IMG/VR virus record: IMGVR_UViG_3300005405_000055
Location: 1 to 39,976 of that record
Length of the DNA stretch: 39,976 nucleotides
Origin: a virus
Lineage: Duplodnaviria > Caudoviricetes
Strand: one strand, 5' to 3'
Below are positions 27,148 through 36,067 of the stretch, in pieces; the stretch's first letter is position 1; every line of letters begins with the position of its first letter. A model generated the notes under the pieces. The model ran no database searches. It was not told the origin of the DNA and saw only the letters and a list, made by a program, of their open reading frames with translations. Made by a program: the position numbers and the translations under genes.

Positions 27148-27399
27148 TCAAAGAACGTTTAACTCCACTTCACCATAGGTATTACCCGCAGGTGCCGGTA
27201 GAGTTAAGTCTTCCTCTAAGAGTTCCAGAACCGAAACTCCTAATCCATTGGCAAACAAGGGGATTTCAGCTCCGGTTACCCTACGTTTCCCTGCTTCGAC
27301 TTTACAGATTTTGTCATGCGATATTCCCGTAATTTCGGCTAGTTCAATCTGACTAATGCACTTGGATTCCCTAATAGCTCGAATTCTTTTTCCTATCAT
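27148..27399 (-). CDS. Cro-like XRE HTH protein
   Basis: IGKRIRAIRE...SQIELAEITGIS...VEAGKR; divergent from cI; GAGGTG RBS before ATG 27399. Confidence 0.85.
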   Translation of the reverse strand: MIGKRIRAIRESKCISQIELAEITGISHDKICKVEAGKRRVTGAEIPLFANGLGVSVLELLEEDLTLPAPAGNTYGEVELNVL

Positions 27400-27415
27400 A
27401 GTTATCACCTCATGG

Positions 27416-27517
27416 TTGCGACTTGCGCAACCTGTTTTTATTATTGTAATATGCGCAATTCGCAATGTCAAGACCATGTTTGCGATTTTGGCATAATTAA
27501 TGTTTCTTTTTTCGCAA
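27416..27517. promoter_or_regulatory. Lysis/lysogeny switch: operators TTGCG-N5-CGCAA and leftward sigma-A promoter
   Basis: Operators at 27416-27430 (perfect), 27451-27465, 27480-27494 and 27503-27517 (half-site). Minus-strand TTGACA (27466-27471)-17-TACAAT (27443-27448). Confidence 0.8.
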
Positions 27518-27554
27518 ACCGGATATACTTGTAATTAGGAGGGTAAGGTAAAAG

Positions 27555-28376
27555 ATGGAAAATATTACTGCTCAAAGAATTAAAGAGGAACGTGAAAGTA
27601 GAGGCTGGACCCAGGAATATTTGGCTGAACTACTCGGTTTACGCGACTCAAGTTATATTTCAAAGATTGAAAAAGGCAAACGAAATGTAACGCCAGATGA
27701 AGTGGTAGCCTTAGCGGATATTTATAATTGTTCTGTTCATTACTTACTAGGAACTACCAGTGTTAAAAATGTTATTCAAATCAATAATCCAGAGAAATTG
27801 GAAACTGCTCCAACTGATAGTCTAACTATTAAAGTCAGCCACCTTCCCATACTCGGAACCATTCGAGCCGGGCTCCCGATTCTGGCCGATGAGAACATTG
27901 AGGGTTATCTTGATGTGCCCGAATCTATGCGAGCTGATTACGTTCTACGGGTGGTTGGTGACAGCATGATAGGAGCCGGTATACTAGATGGAGACTATGC
28001 TGTTTGCAGGGAAAGCCAAGAAGCTAATTCCGGACAGATTGTTGTAGCTATTAAGGATATCGATACCGGGTACTCGGAGGCCACATTAAAATATTATTAT
28101 AATAATGGTAATGGATATGGTCCATTGCTTCGACCAGCCAACCCAAATTACTCAGAATTATCTATGAGTGATGGGTACCGGATAGCAGGAGTCATGGTAG
28201 CCCTGGTTCGCCAGGATGCTCCCGGGTATCAGGTGTATAAAGACTACCTGGCAGTAAATGACTCGGAAGAGTGGACGGAAGTTATAGAACTAGCAACTGA
28301 AGCAGGTCTGAAGGTCAACCAGGTAAAGGAAATCTTATCGGGACAGATCGAGATTGCCAAAAAATTACGAGGTTAA
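27555..28376 (+). CDS. CI/LexA-like repressor (XRE HTH plus S24 peptidase)
   Basis: HTH; IRAG cleavage-site motif; GDSM catalytic Ser; ATLK catalytic Lys. Confidence 0.92.
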   Translation: MENITAQRIKEERESRGWTQEYLAELLGLRDSSYISKIEKGKRNVTPDEVVALADIYNCSVHYLLGTTSVKNVIQINNPEKLETAPTDSLTIKVSHLPILGTIRAGLPILADENIEGYLDVPESMRADYVLRVVGDSMIGAGILDGDYAVCRESQEANSGQIVVAIKDIDTGYSEATLKYYYNNGNGYGPLLRPANPNYSELSMSDGYRIAGVMVALVRQDAPGYQVYKDYLAVNDSEEWTEVIELATEAGLKVNQVKEILSGQIEIAKKLRG

Positions 28377-28616
28377 CAGAAACAAAATATAAATATTGCC
28401 ATATTTGATTGATGTATTTCTAGTATTTTGGAGGCCATTTAGGTAAGCATTAAGATTTACAAAAGCCATTATTTAGGTATATATTAAAAAAATGATAATG
28501 TATGATGACGAGCTAAAATAGGCACAGAATTGTTTCCATTTCATTAGGTAAATCTAATAAAGTCCTTAATATCGGTACTTTCAGAGCCTGAACAAAATCA
28601 AAAAATAATTTTTTCG

Positions 28617-28647
28617 AAAAAACTGCTGCATGTGCAGCGGTTTTTTT
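28617..28647 (+). terminator. Intrinsic (likely bidirectional) terminator
   Basis: AAAAAACTGCTGCA-TG-TGCAGCGGTTTTTTT. Confidence 0.75.
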
Positions 28648-28683
28648 ATTTTATTGTAATTACTTTTATATTTATTTTTATTG

Positions 28684-28712
28684 TTACTATAATAATTAGT
28701 TTTTGGTATAAT
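28684..28712 (+). promoter_or_regulatory. Putative sigma-A promoter of the RM operon
   Basis: TTACTA-17-TATAAT with TGn extension. Confidence 0.5.
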
Positions 28713-28744
28713 ATAGCATATTTAATGAAAGGTAGTGGGAGCCT

Positions 28745-28933
28745 TTGAAACCAAAAAAAAGATTAAATGAGCTATTTACCGCACCTGCGACCGATCTTTG
28801 TAGGGGTAAGGCTCCTTCCTTGTTGAGAGAAATGCATGAAACAGGTAAAGACTTGATTGTAATAAAAAATAGCAAACCGTATGCAGTTGTATTGTCTTAC
28901 CAAAAGTATATTGAATTGACGAACGAGGAATAA
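28745..28933 (+). CDS. Phd/YefM-family antitoxin-like protein
   Basis: ATDL..G.A..LLRE...LIVIKNSKPYAVVLSYQKY motif. Confidence 0.75.
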   Translation: MKPKKRLNELFTAPATDLCRGKAPSLLREMHETGKDLIVIKNSKPYAVVLSYQKYIELTNEE

Positions 28934-28936
28934 ATT

Positions 28937-30937
28937 ATGGAGGTTAAGATTATGAACTTGAATGAAATTTTTAAAAACACAAATTATGATGATACTCTGT
29001 TTTCAGAAGAAGCCAAGCGCACTCTTCAAGAAAAAATAGTAATGAAAAATATCCGTGGAATTACTTATCCCTATGTTCAGTGTCTAATTCGCAAAAAAGA
29101 TATAAAGTTAACTCCTGAAGAAGCCGTTCGCCAATTGTATATTGATAAACTCATTAATGACTATAAATATCCTGCTGGCAGGATTCGGCTTGAAACACCT
29201 ATTTATTTTGGCAGAGAGGTAAAACGCGCAGATATAATCATTAACGATAAGGACCGCCCTACCGTTCCCTACATCATAATCGAGTTGAAGATGCCCAAAC
29301 TAACTGATGGAAAGGGGCAATTGAAATCATACTGCAACGCCACAGGTGCGCCTATCGGAGTATGGACTAATGGCGAGCAAGTTTCTTGCTATAATCGCAA
29401 AGATCCCAACTATTTTGAAGCAATTACGGATATTCCAACGGCTAATCAAAAACTGTCAGATATTATTAACGAAAAATTCACATATGAAGATCTTAAAAAA
29501 ATTGATAAAATTCAAAATCAGAAAAGGTCGTTGCGCGATTTTATCAAGGAAATTGAAGACGAAGTGTTGGCAAGTGCAGGGGTTGATTCCTTTGAAGAGG
29601 TTTTTAAACTAATTTTCACTAAACTGTACGATGAATTGATTTGCGCAAGAGATAGGAGTGCCTATTTGCAATTTAGAAATGGTGGGGGTACAGATTTCGA
29701 ATTAAAAGAAAAGATTCAAGATCTGTTTGATGATGCAAAAAAGAAATGGAAAGGCGTATTTACGGAAGATAGCAAAATCCTATTATCGCCTTCACATTTA
29801 GGGATTTGTGTTGCTTCTTTGCAAGATGTAAAGCTCTTTAATAATAATCTTGACGTTGTTGACGATGCTTTTGAATATCTGATGAGTAAAGCACAAAAAG
29901 GTGAAAAAGGTCAATACTTTACCCCTCGTTATGTGATTGATATGTGCGTCAAAATGATGAATCCGAGTGAAAAGGATTATATTATTGATACCGCTTGCGG
30001 TAGCGCTGGGTTTACTGTTCACAGTATTTTTTATGTATGGAAATCTATCCGCCGATCAAAGGGATTGGACGAAGGAGAGGATTATACTGCCGACCAGAGA
30101 ACAAATGAGGAAATTAACTATGTTCGTGACAAGGTATTTGGAATCGATTTTGACGAAAAAACAGTCCGCGTTGCAAGAACTCTAAACCTTATCGCCGGGG
30201 ATGGGCAAACAAACATCTTACATTTGAACACTTTAGATTATTCTCGTTGGGACGAAATCACAAAACAAGAAGATTGGAACGATACCTATAATGAAGGTTT
30301 TTATAAGTTGAAAAAGATGCGTCCAAAAGGCGCAAAGGACTATAGTCAATTCCAATTTGACCTTGTTATGGCTAACCCACCTTTCGCAGGAGATATAAAG
30401 GAAAATACAATTATTTCCCACTATGAGTTAGGCAAAAACACTCAGGGTAACTGGCAGAAAAAAATAGGCAGAGACATTATGTTTATCGAGCGCAATCTAA
30501 ATTTCCTAAAATCCGGTGGAAGAATGGCAATCGTCTTGCCTCAGGGTAGGTTAAACAATTCCAGTGACAAAGCGATTCGTGATTTCATTGCTGAGCGTTG
30601 CCGCATACTTGCTATTGTAGGCTTGCATGGTAATGTATTTAAACCACATACAGGTACAAAGACCTCCGTTTTGTTTGTTCAAAAGTGGGATGATAAGTTA
30701 TGCCCTAAAAAGGAAGATTACTCGATTTTCTTTGCAACAATGCAGGAGCTTAGCAAAGACAATTCTGGTGAAAAGATATACGTTAAGGATTCAGAAAACG
30801 GTGAAAATGTACTTGATAGCCACGGTCATTTAATTGTTAAGCATGACTTATATAACCATGATAATAAAACGCAGGATGGCATTGCAGAAGCATTCATTGA
30901 ATTTGCTAAAAAGGAAGGTTTAAGTTTTTTTCGATAA
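28937..30937 (+). CDS. Fused restriction endonuclease-N6 adenine methyltransferase (Type IIG/IIB-like RM subunit)
   Basis: N-terminal HsdR_N-like TPEEAVRQ..ADII..IELK; GQYFTPR, DTACGSAGF and NPPF motifs. Alternative start at 28952 after GGAGG. Confidence 0.92.
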   Translation: MEVKIMNLNEIFKNTNYDDTLFSEEAKRTLQEKIVMKNIRGITYPYVQCLIRKKDIKLTPEEAVRQLYIDKLINDYKYPAGRIRLETPIYFGREVKRADIIINDKDRPTVPYIIIELKMPKLTDGKGQLKSYCNATGAPIGVWTNGEQVSCYNRKDPNYFEAITDIPTANQKLSDIINEKFTYEDLKKIDKIQNQKRSLRDFIKEIEDEVLASAGVDSFEEVFKLIFTKLYDELICARDRSAYLQFRNGGGTDFELKEKIQDLFDDAKKKWKGVFTEDSKILLSPSHLGICVASLQDVKLFNNNLDVVDDAFEYLMSKAQKGEKGQYFTPRYVIDMCVKMMNPSEKDYIIDTACGSAGFTVHSIFYVWKSIRRSKGLDEGEDYTADQRTNEEINYVRDKVFGIDFDEKTVRVARTLNLIAGDGQTNILHLNTLDYSRWDEITKQEDWNDTYNEGFYKLKKMRPKGAKDYSQFQFDLVMANPPFAGDIKENTIISHYELGKNTQGNWQKKIGRDIMFIERNLNFLKSGGRMAIVLPQGRLNNSSDKAIRDFIAERCRILAIVGLHGNVFKPHTGTKTSVLFVQKWDDKLCPKKEDYSIFFATMQELSKDNSGEKIYVKDSENGENVLDSHGHLIVKHDLYNHDNKTQDGIAEAFIEFAKKEGLSFFR

Positions 30938-30992
30938 GCCCGTCCGTTGAACCTTTTAATGAACCGAGATATAAGGCTTTGATGGATGGGCT
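30925..30992 (+). other. Putative -1 programmed ribosomal frameshift signal
   Basis: T TTT TTT (30925-30931), 5-nt spacer, hairpin 30937-30955 paired with 30973-30992. Confidence 0.65.
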
Positions 30993-32409
30993 GGAGGCAG
31001 TTGAAATTAACCTTAGTGTATGCAAAGATATTATTGATTTTAGAATAGATGCAAATACATATAAGAAAAACTACATTAAATCTGAAAAACTAATAAGCGA
31101 AAAACCAAATAAAAAAATTGAAGATCTTTCAATTTCGGTTCAAAACTTTGGTGCGTACTCATTATGTAACTTTATCAATTTTACGAATACAGGTATCCCT
31201 TTTTTAATGACATACAATATTCGTCATAATTACATTGATTGGAATATAGAAAAGTGTGTTGATGTAGAGAGCCATAATAAACTCTATAAATCTCATTGCT
31301 TTAAGAATCAAATATTAGTAACTATGGCAGGAGAATACCTAGGAAGGGTTGCTGTCTATAATAGAGATTTTGTTTGTAGCTCAAATCAAGCAATAGCAAA
31401 AATAACATTAAAAAATGGCATAAGCCCATATATGATCTCCACTTTTTTAAACTCTATTCATGGTCAAAATCAAATTAATAGATATAGGACAATAACAGGA
31501 CAGCCAAATATTAATATGTCGCTAATAAAAAATTTAAGGATACCAATTTTTACAATTGCTTTTCAATGTGAAATCGAAAATGCCGTTAAAGCTGCCCATG
31601 TTAGATTAGAAAAATCACAATCTCTCTATGAAGATGCTGAGAAAATATTACTTAAGGAATTGGGCTTAACCGTTTTTGCATTAAGTAAAAAAAATTTTTC
31701 GATAAAAAGCTTCTCAGAAAGTCTCGGAATATCCGGAAGATTGGATGCGGAATATTACCAGCCAAAATATGACGAACTACTCTCTGCTATAGCAAAATAT
31801 AACAGTCATAAGCTAGGCGATATCGTAAATATAAAAAAATCTATTGAGCCTGGCAGTGAAGCCTATCAAGAAGAAGGTATCCCCTTTATTAGAGTATCTA
31901 ATATTTCCAAATTTGAACTTACTACGTCTGAAATACATTTAGACAGGGCATTTTATGAAATCGAAAAATTAAAACCACTTAAAGATACAATTTTACTTAC
32001 TAAAGACGGAAGTGTCGGTATTGCTTATAAGGTTAATGAGGATCTTGATGTTATTACCTCGGGCGCGATTTTACATCTTACGGTAAAGAATAATGGATTT
32101 CTTCCCGACTATCTCACATTGGTCTTGAATTCGATAGTAGTACAATTACAAGCTCAAAGAGATGCCGGCGGCTCAATTATTCAACATTGGAAACCTTCTG
32201 AAATTGAAAAGGTGCGTATACCCATTCTAGATATTCCTGCACAACAGATAATCACAAATAGAATTCAAAAATCTTTTGCTCTTCGTAAAGAGGCCGCCAA
32301 ACTACTCGAACAGGCAAAACAAACGGTCGAAATAGCAATAGAATATGGAGAGGAAAGTGCTTTGAATTTTCTAAAAACCGCTGTTGAGGGAGTTGATATA
32401 AATGCCTAA
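30979..32409 (+). CDS. HsdS-like specificity subunit with two TRDs (frame open from 30910)
   Basis: Two repeats starting RIDANTY / RLDAEYY; SNQAIA, GQPNIN and ILLTKDGSVG motifs. Confidence 0.9.
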   Translation: MMDGLEAVEINLSVCKDIIDFRIDANTYKKNYIKSEKLISEKPNKKIEDLSISVQNFGAYSLCNFINFTNTGIPFLMTYNIRHNYIDWNIEKCVDVESHNKLYKSHCFKNQILVTMAGEYLGRVAVYNRDFVCSSNQAIAKITLKNGISPYMISTFLNSIHGQNQINRYRTITGQPNINMSLIKNLRIPIFTIAFQCEIENAVKAAHVRLEKSQSLYEDAEKILLKELGLTVFALSKKNFSIKSFSESLGISGRLDAEYYQPKYDELLSAIAKYNSHKLGDIVNIKKSIEPGSEAYQEEGIPFIRVSNISKFELTTSEIHLDRAFYEIEKLKPLKDTILLTKDGSVGIAYKVNEDLDVITSGAILHLTVKNNGFLPDYLTLVLNSIVVQLQAQRDAGGSIIQHWKPSEIEKVRIPILDIPAQQIITNRIQKSFALRKEAAKLLEQAKQTVEIAIEYGEESALNFLKTAVEGVDINA

Positions 32410-33178
32410 TTATCATGATTGGATTGACAAAATAGACATAGAAATAGATTATTTTTCAGCATTCATAAAAGCATGGATCGCTTTTAATGCTTGGTATCGT
32501 TCAGATTATAGCGAACGCAGCGATAGAGAAATCATCGAGAAAATCAAAAATGAAAGCAACCGTTTCCGTACATATATTTGTAATTATTTAGATGGGAGAG
32601 ACAAAAATTCTTTAGAATTTCAAAAGAGCATTGGAGAGTTACATCGCGCGCTTGCAAATGCAGCTATAACAACACAGGAACGAGGCGGAATAAGAATGCC
32701 TATTTCATTTACAGAAATCGCACTTACTAATCCGCAAACAAATACTGAAGCAACTTATCGTGTGTGCAATTATAAAGTTCAACGGACAGGATCAAAAGTT
32801 AAAACTGAAATAATGAATATTCAAAAAACGACAACCCATTTTTCTTTTATACAAGATAACTATGATATTGACGAATTACAACGTCATGGAGATTTCTTTA
32901 ACCTAAGTGATGAAAGAAAATTGCAGTGTTTGGCAAACTATCGCATGATTTGTCCATATATATCAGAAAGCATTTTATCCTCAGAAACAACGGCGAAAAT
33001 ACTTGGTGAGTTTGGGTTTGTTAATGACAATATAAAGATCAGTAGAGGTATCGTTGAAATACTATATTTGCTGAGGTGTTCACTCATGCATGGAGAATTA
33101 TCTCCTGATCGTAATGCGAGTGAAGTATTTAAATATGCATATGAAATACTTGTAGCCGTATTGAAAAAATTAGCATGA
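32402..33178 (+). CDS. HEPN-like protein (ApeA-like)
   Basis: N-terminal FIKAWIAFNAWY helix and C-terminal LYLLRCSLMHG (Rx4H); overlaps the S stop by 8 nt. Confidence 0.65.
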   Translation: MPNYHDWIDKIDIEIDYFSAFIKAWIAFNAWYRSDYSERSDREIIEKIKNESNRFRTYICNYLDGRDKNSLEFQKSIGELHRALANAAITTQERGGIRMPISFTEIALTNPQTNTEATYRVCNYKVQRTGSKVKTEIMNIQKTTTHFSFIQDNYDIDELQRHGDFFNLSDERKLQCLANYRMICPYISESILSSETTAKILGEFGFVNDNIKISRGIVEILYLLRCSLMHGELSPDRNASEVFKYAYEILVAVLKKLA

Positions 33179-33318
33179 AAAAATGGCCCACTATATAACA
33201 TCAAATCTAATTGATCAGGCAAAACATTTAGTTCTTGATGACAATAGGCATTATGCTTTACGGCATATTCTGGTTATAAGTAGTAAAATAGCATAAAGCT
33301 TAATAAAATCCCGAGTTT

Positions 33319-33346
33319 AAAAAAACTGCTGATCCGCAGCGGTTTT
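33319..33346. terminator. Intrinsic terminator between convergent genes
   Basis: AAAAAAACTGCTG-ATCCG-CAGCGGTTTT. Confidence 0.7.
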
Positions 33347-33419
33347 CGTGCGTTTATGGGATCATTTTACATATACTGGGTGGGACTTTTGGTATAAATG
33401 ATAGGCACCCAACCACCTT

Positions 33420-34409
33420 TTACTCCAAAATATTACCTTCATCTGTAAGCGGATTGGGGTATTCCTCCCACAAACTTGGAAGGGCTCCAAGCGCAGCAGT
33501 AACTACTGTAACAAGAAAATCAACGTCCTCACGGCTATATATAGGTTTTTTCCCAACATGATGAAAGGGGTTAGCCATAGAGTTTAAATCTTTTAAACTT
33601 ATTAGCCATACCATAAGTCGCTTTTCATCGGGAGTATACTTATCTGGGATTTTCCAATCGTCCTTAAACTCGTTAGTGATACCTTTACCGATCTTTAGCG
33701 CTGCTTGATACCAAGCATCCGAGGTATTTTCATTCGGGAACCACAGATCCTGCCAGGTAAGAATTGCAAATTGTACTGCTTTACGAAGACAACGACCTGC
33801 CTCATGAGTTTGATTTATTCTGATCTTATCTAGGGATTCAAATAACCCCTCACATGCAGTATTCCAACACTCTTTTGTGAGCCCATTATCTGATTTTAAT
33901 CCTTTAGGCAGTATAGTTTTAACCGGAATTAATTTTGTCTCAGGGTAACCCCATATCTTCAGGAATTTCAGCCATTTACTTGCATCAATATCAATCCCAT
34001 CCGAATAATGGCTAGAATACATTTCCAAATCACCGTCGATCTTAGCGAGCATTGAAAGACCAATGCGTAACCTTACATACCTGTCTTGTGTATTCTCAGC
34101 TTCTTTCGTTAACAAATGAATCCACTTGTGATCAATTTGAAACTCAAGCTGATTTTGATTATGGATAGGGCTAAATCCAGTTTGAATATAGCATGAATCT
34201 TGTTTCACACTAGCAGCAATCCCGATTATTTTAGACGTGCTTAAATATGAATAGTGAACTCCTATGCTTTCGAAGTTTTCAAACTGTAGAGTTAATATAG
34301 GATTCAATGCTGATCCTGAGGCGTAAACATCTCTAAGTTTTGCATGAATAATGACCTTCGATGTGTCCCCATTTTTATGGAAATCCCACTTAGTCACTAA
34401 AAACACCAT
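33420..34409 (-). CDS. Hypothetical protein with HEPN/Abi_C-like helical C-terminus
   Basis: EAGRCLRKAV helix and NSMANPFHH...YSREDVDFLV pattern. Confidence 0.55.
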   Translation of the reverse strand: MVFLVTKWDFHKNGDTSKVIIHAKLRDVYASGSALNPILTLQFENFESIGVHYSYLSTSKIIGIAASVKQDSCYIQTGFSPIHNQNQLEFQIDHKWIHLLTKEAENTQDRYVRLRIGLSMLAKIDGDLEMYSSHYSDGIDIDASKWLKFLKIWGYPETKLIPVKTILPKGLKSDNGLTKECWNTACEGLFESLDKIRINQTHEAGRCLRKAVQFAILTWQDLWFPNENTSDAWYQAALKIGKGITNEFKDDWKIPDKYTPDEKRLMVWLISLKDLNSMANPFHHVGKKPIYSREDVDFLVTVVTAALGALPSLWEEYPNPLTDEGNILE

Positions 34410-34631
34410 CCTTCACTGAAAACCCAAAAGTAAGGATCTTCCTTGTCCTTTGTCATTTTAACCCCCTGTGCCCTTCTCCCCATTGATGTTAAGCCTAGCC
34501 TAATTATAAAGATTATTATTACAAATGTTAGCATACTTTTGCGTTAATTGTTATTTTTAAACTAAAATGCTCACATTATCTATATTATGGTAAAATATGT
34601 ATCAAAGGCATTGCGGTTTACGGAGGCAAAC

Positions 34632-36038
34632 ATGAATAAACATTTATACAAACCACTTATTTGGGCCCTGTTGTTTTGCATAATATTTTCTGTACCTACC
34701 CTTGCAACCCCCACCGTTACCCTTGATGGAAAGCAGATGTCATTTGATGTTCCAGCGATAATCGAAAATAACACTACCCTTGTACCCCTTCGGGCAATAT
34801 TCGAGTCGCTAGGAGCTACAGTAGAATGGAATGATCAAACTCAAACTGTAACCGCCATCAAAACAGGAACACAGATAAAACTTACCTTAGGTCAAGCCAC
34901 CGCATATAAGAACGGTTCCCCTGTTTCCCTAGCCGTTCCGGCTAAAAGCATTAATAACCGAACTATGGTACCACTCCGATTCGTATCTGAAGCCCTCGGC
35001 GCTCAAGTTAATTGGGATGGATACACTCAAACTATTACAATACTTTCCGTGCCAACGCCCGGATCCACGATGCCCCCTTCTGGCATTACTACTGTTCACT
35101 TCATAGATGTCGGCCAGGCAGACGCTATTTACATAGACCTTCCCGGGAATGATGATATTCTAATCGATGGTGGCAATGTAGCAGATAGCACTACTGTTGT
35201 TAACTACCTTAAAGCACATGGAGTTGACACCCTTGAGCTCCTTATAGCTACTCACCCGCACGAAGATCATATAGGTGGCCTACCTTCAGTACTTGAAACT
35301 TTCAAGGTAAATGAAATAGTAGACAGCGGCATGACCGCTACCACAAACATCTACAGCCGGTATACAGCTGACGCTAAAGCCGAAGGTTGCACCTGGGTGG
35401 CTGATAACAGACAGACCTTTACTTGGGGAAATGTTGCCCTACAGATCCTAACCGGACCTGAAACCTGGCAGGATGTAAATGATTATTCAGTAGTTACCCG
35501 GCTAGACTGCGGGAATATAGAGTTCCTCTTCGATGGTGATGCAGAAGCCCCAGCTGAGGCTGCCCTACAAGGAGATATTAGTGCAGAGATTCTTAAGGTG
35601 GGTCATCATGGCAGCACATCTTCATCCAGCTATAGCTTCCTTTCACGAGTAATGCCCCAGGTTGCAATCGTATCGGTTGGTACCGGTAATACCTATGGTC
35701 ACCCGGCTGCAGGAACGCTGACCAAACTACAGGCCACCGGATCAAAGATCTACCGGACGGATCTGAACGGAAACATAGTGGTCACCACTGACGGAAACAC
35801 ATATACAGTAGTTACTGATAAGACCCTACCGGTACCGGCTGTACCAGTTATAACCCCGGCACCGACCACGCCGGCCCAGAGTACTGGTGTTTATGTAGGC
35901 AGTATTAAATCTGATAAGTACCATTACCCCAGCTGCAGGTATGCACAAGCCATACTTTCGGGTAATCAGATATGGTTTGCCAGCGAGGCAGAAGCCCTAG
36001 CGGCAGGATATGGGCCGTGTGGGGTGTGTAAACCGTAA
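34632..36038 (+). CDS. Secreted protein: copper-amine-oxidase N-terminal domain, ComEC/Rec2-like MBL hydrolase, Ada-type Zn domain
   Basis: Signal peptide; TLVPLRAIFESLGA; FIDVGQAD, THPHEDHIGG and KVGHHGS; KYHYPSC...PCGVCKP. GGAGG RBS before ATG 34632. Confidence 0.9.
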   Translation: MNKHLYKPLIWALLFCIIFSVPTLATPTVTLDGKQMSFDVPAIIENNTTLVPLRAIFESLGATVEWNDQTQTVTAIKTGTQIKLTLGQATAYKNGSPVSLAVPAKSINNRTMVPLRFVSEALGAQVNWDGYTQTITILSVPTPGSTMPPSGITTVHFIDVGQADAIYIDLPGNDDILIDGGNVADSTTVVNYLKAHGVDTLELLIATHPHEDHIGGLPSVLETFKVNEIVDSGMTATTNIYSRYTADAKAEGCTWVADNRQTFTWGNVALQILTGPETWQDVNDYSVVTRLDCGNIEFLFDGDAEAPAEAALQGDISAEILKVGHHGSTSSSSYSFLSRVMPQVAIVSVGTGNTYGHPAAGTLTKLQATGSKIYRTDLNGNIVVTTDGNTYTVVTDKTLPVPAVPVITPAPTTPAQSTGVYVGSIKSDKYHYPSCRYAQAILSGNQIWFASEAEALAAGYGPCGVCKP

Positions 36039-36067
36039 AGTAATATACACATTTTTATTGTTAATCA

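Noticed and set aside
30907-30913. T AAA AAG as the RM frameshift site
   Set aside because: Not a full X XXY YYZ heptamer and more than 20 nt from the hairpin; the U7 run fits better.
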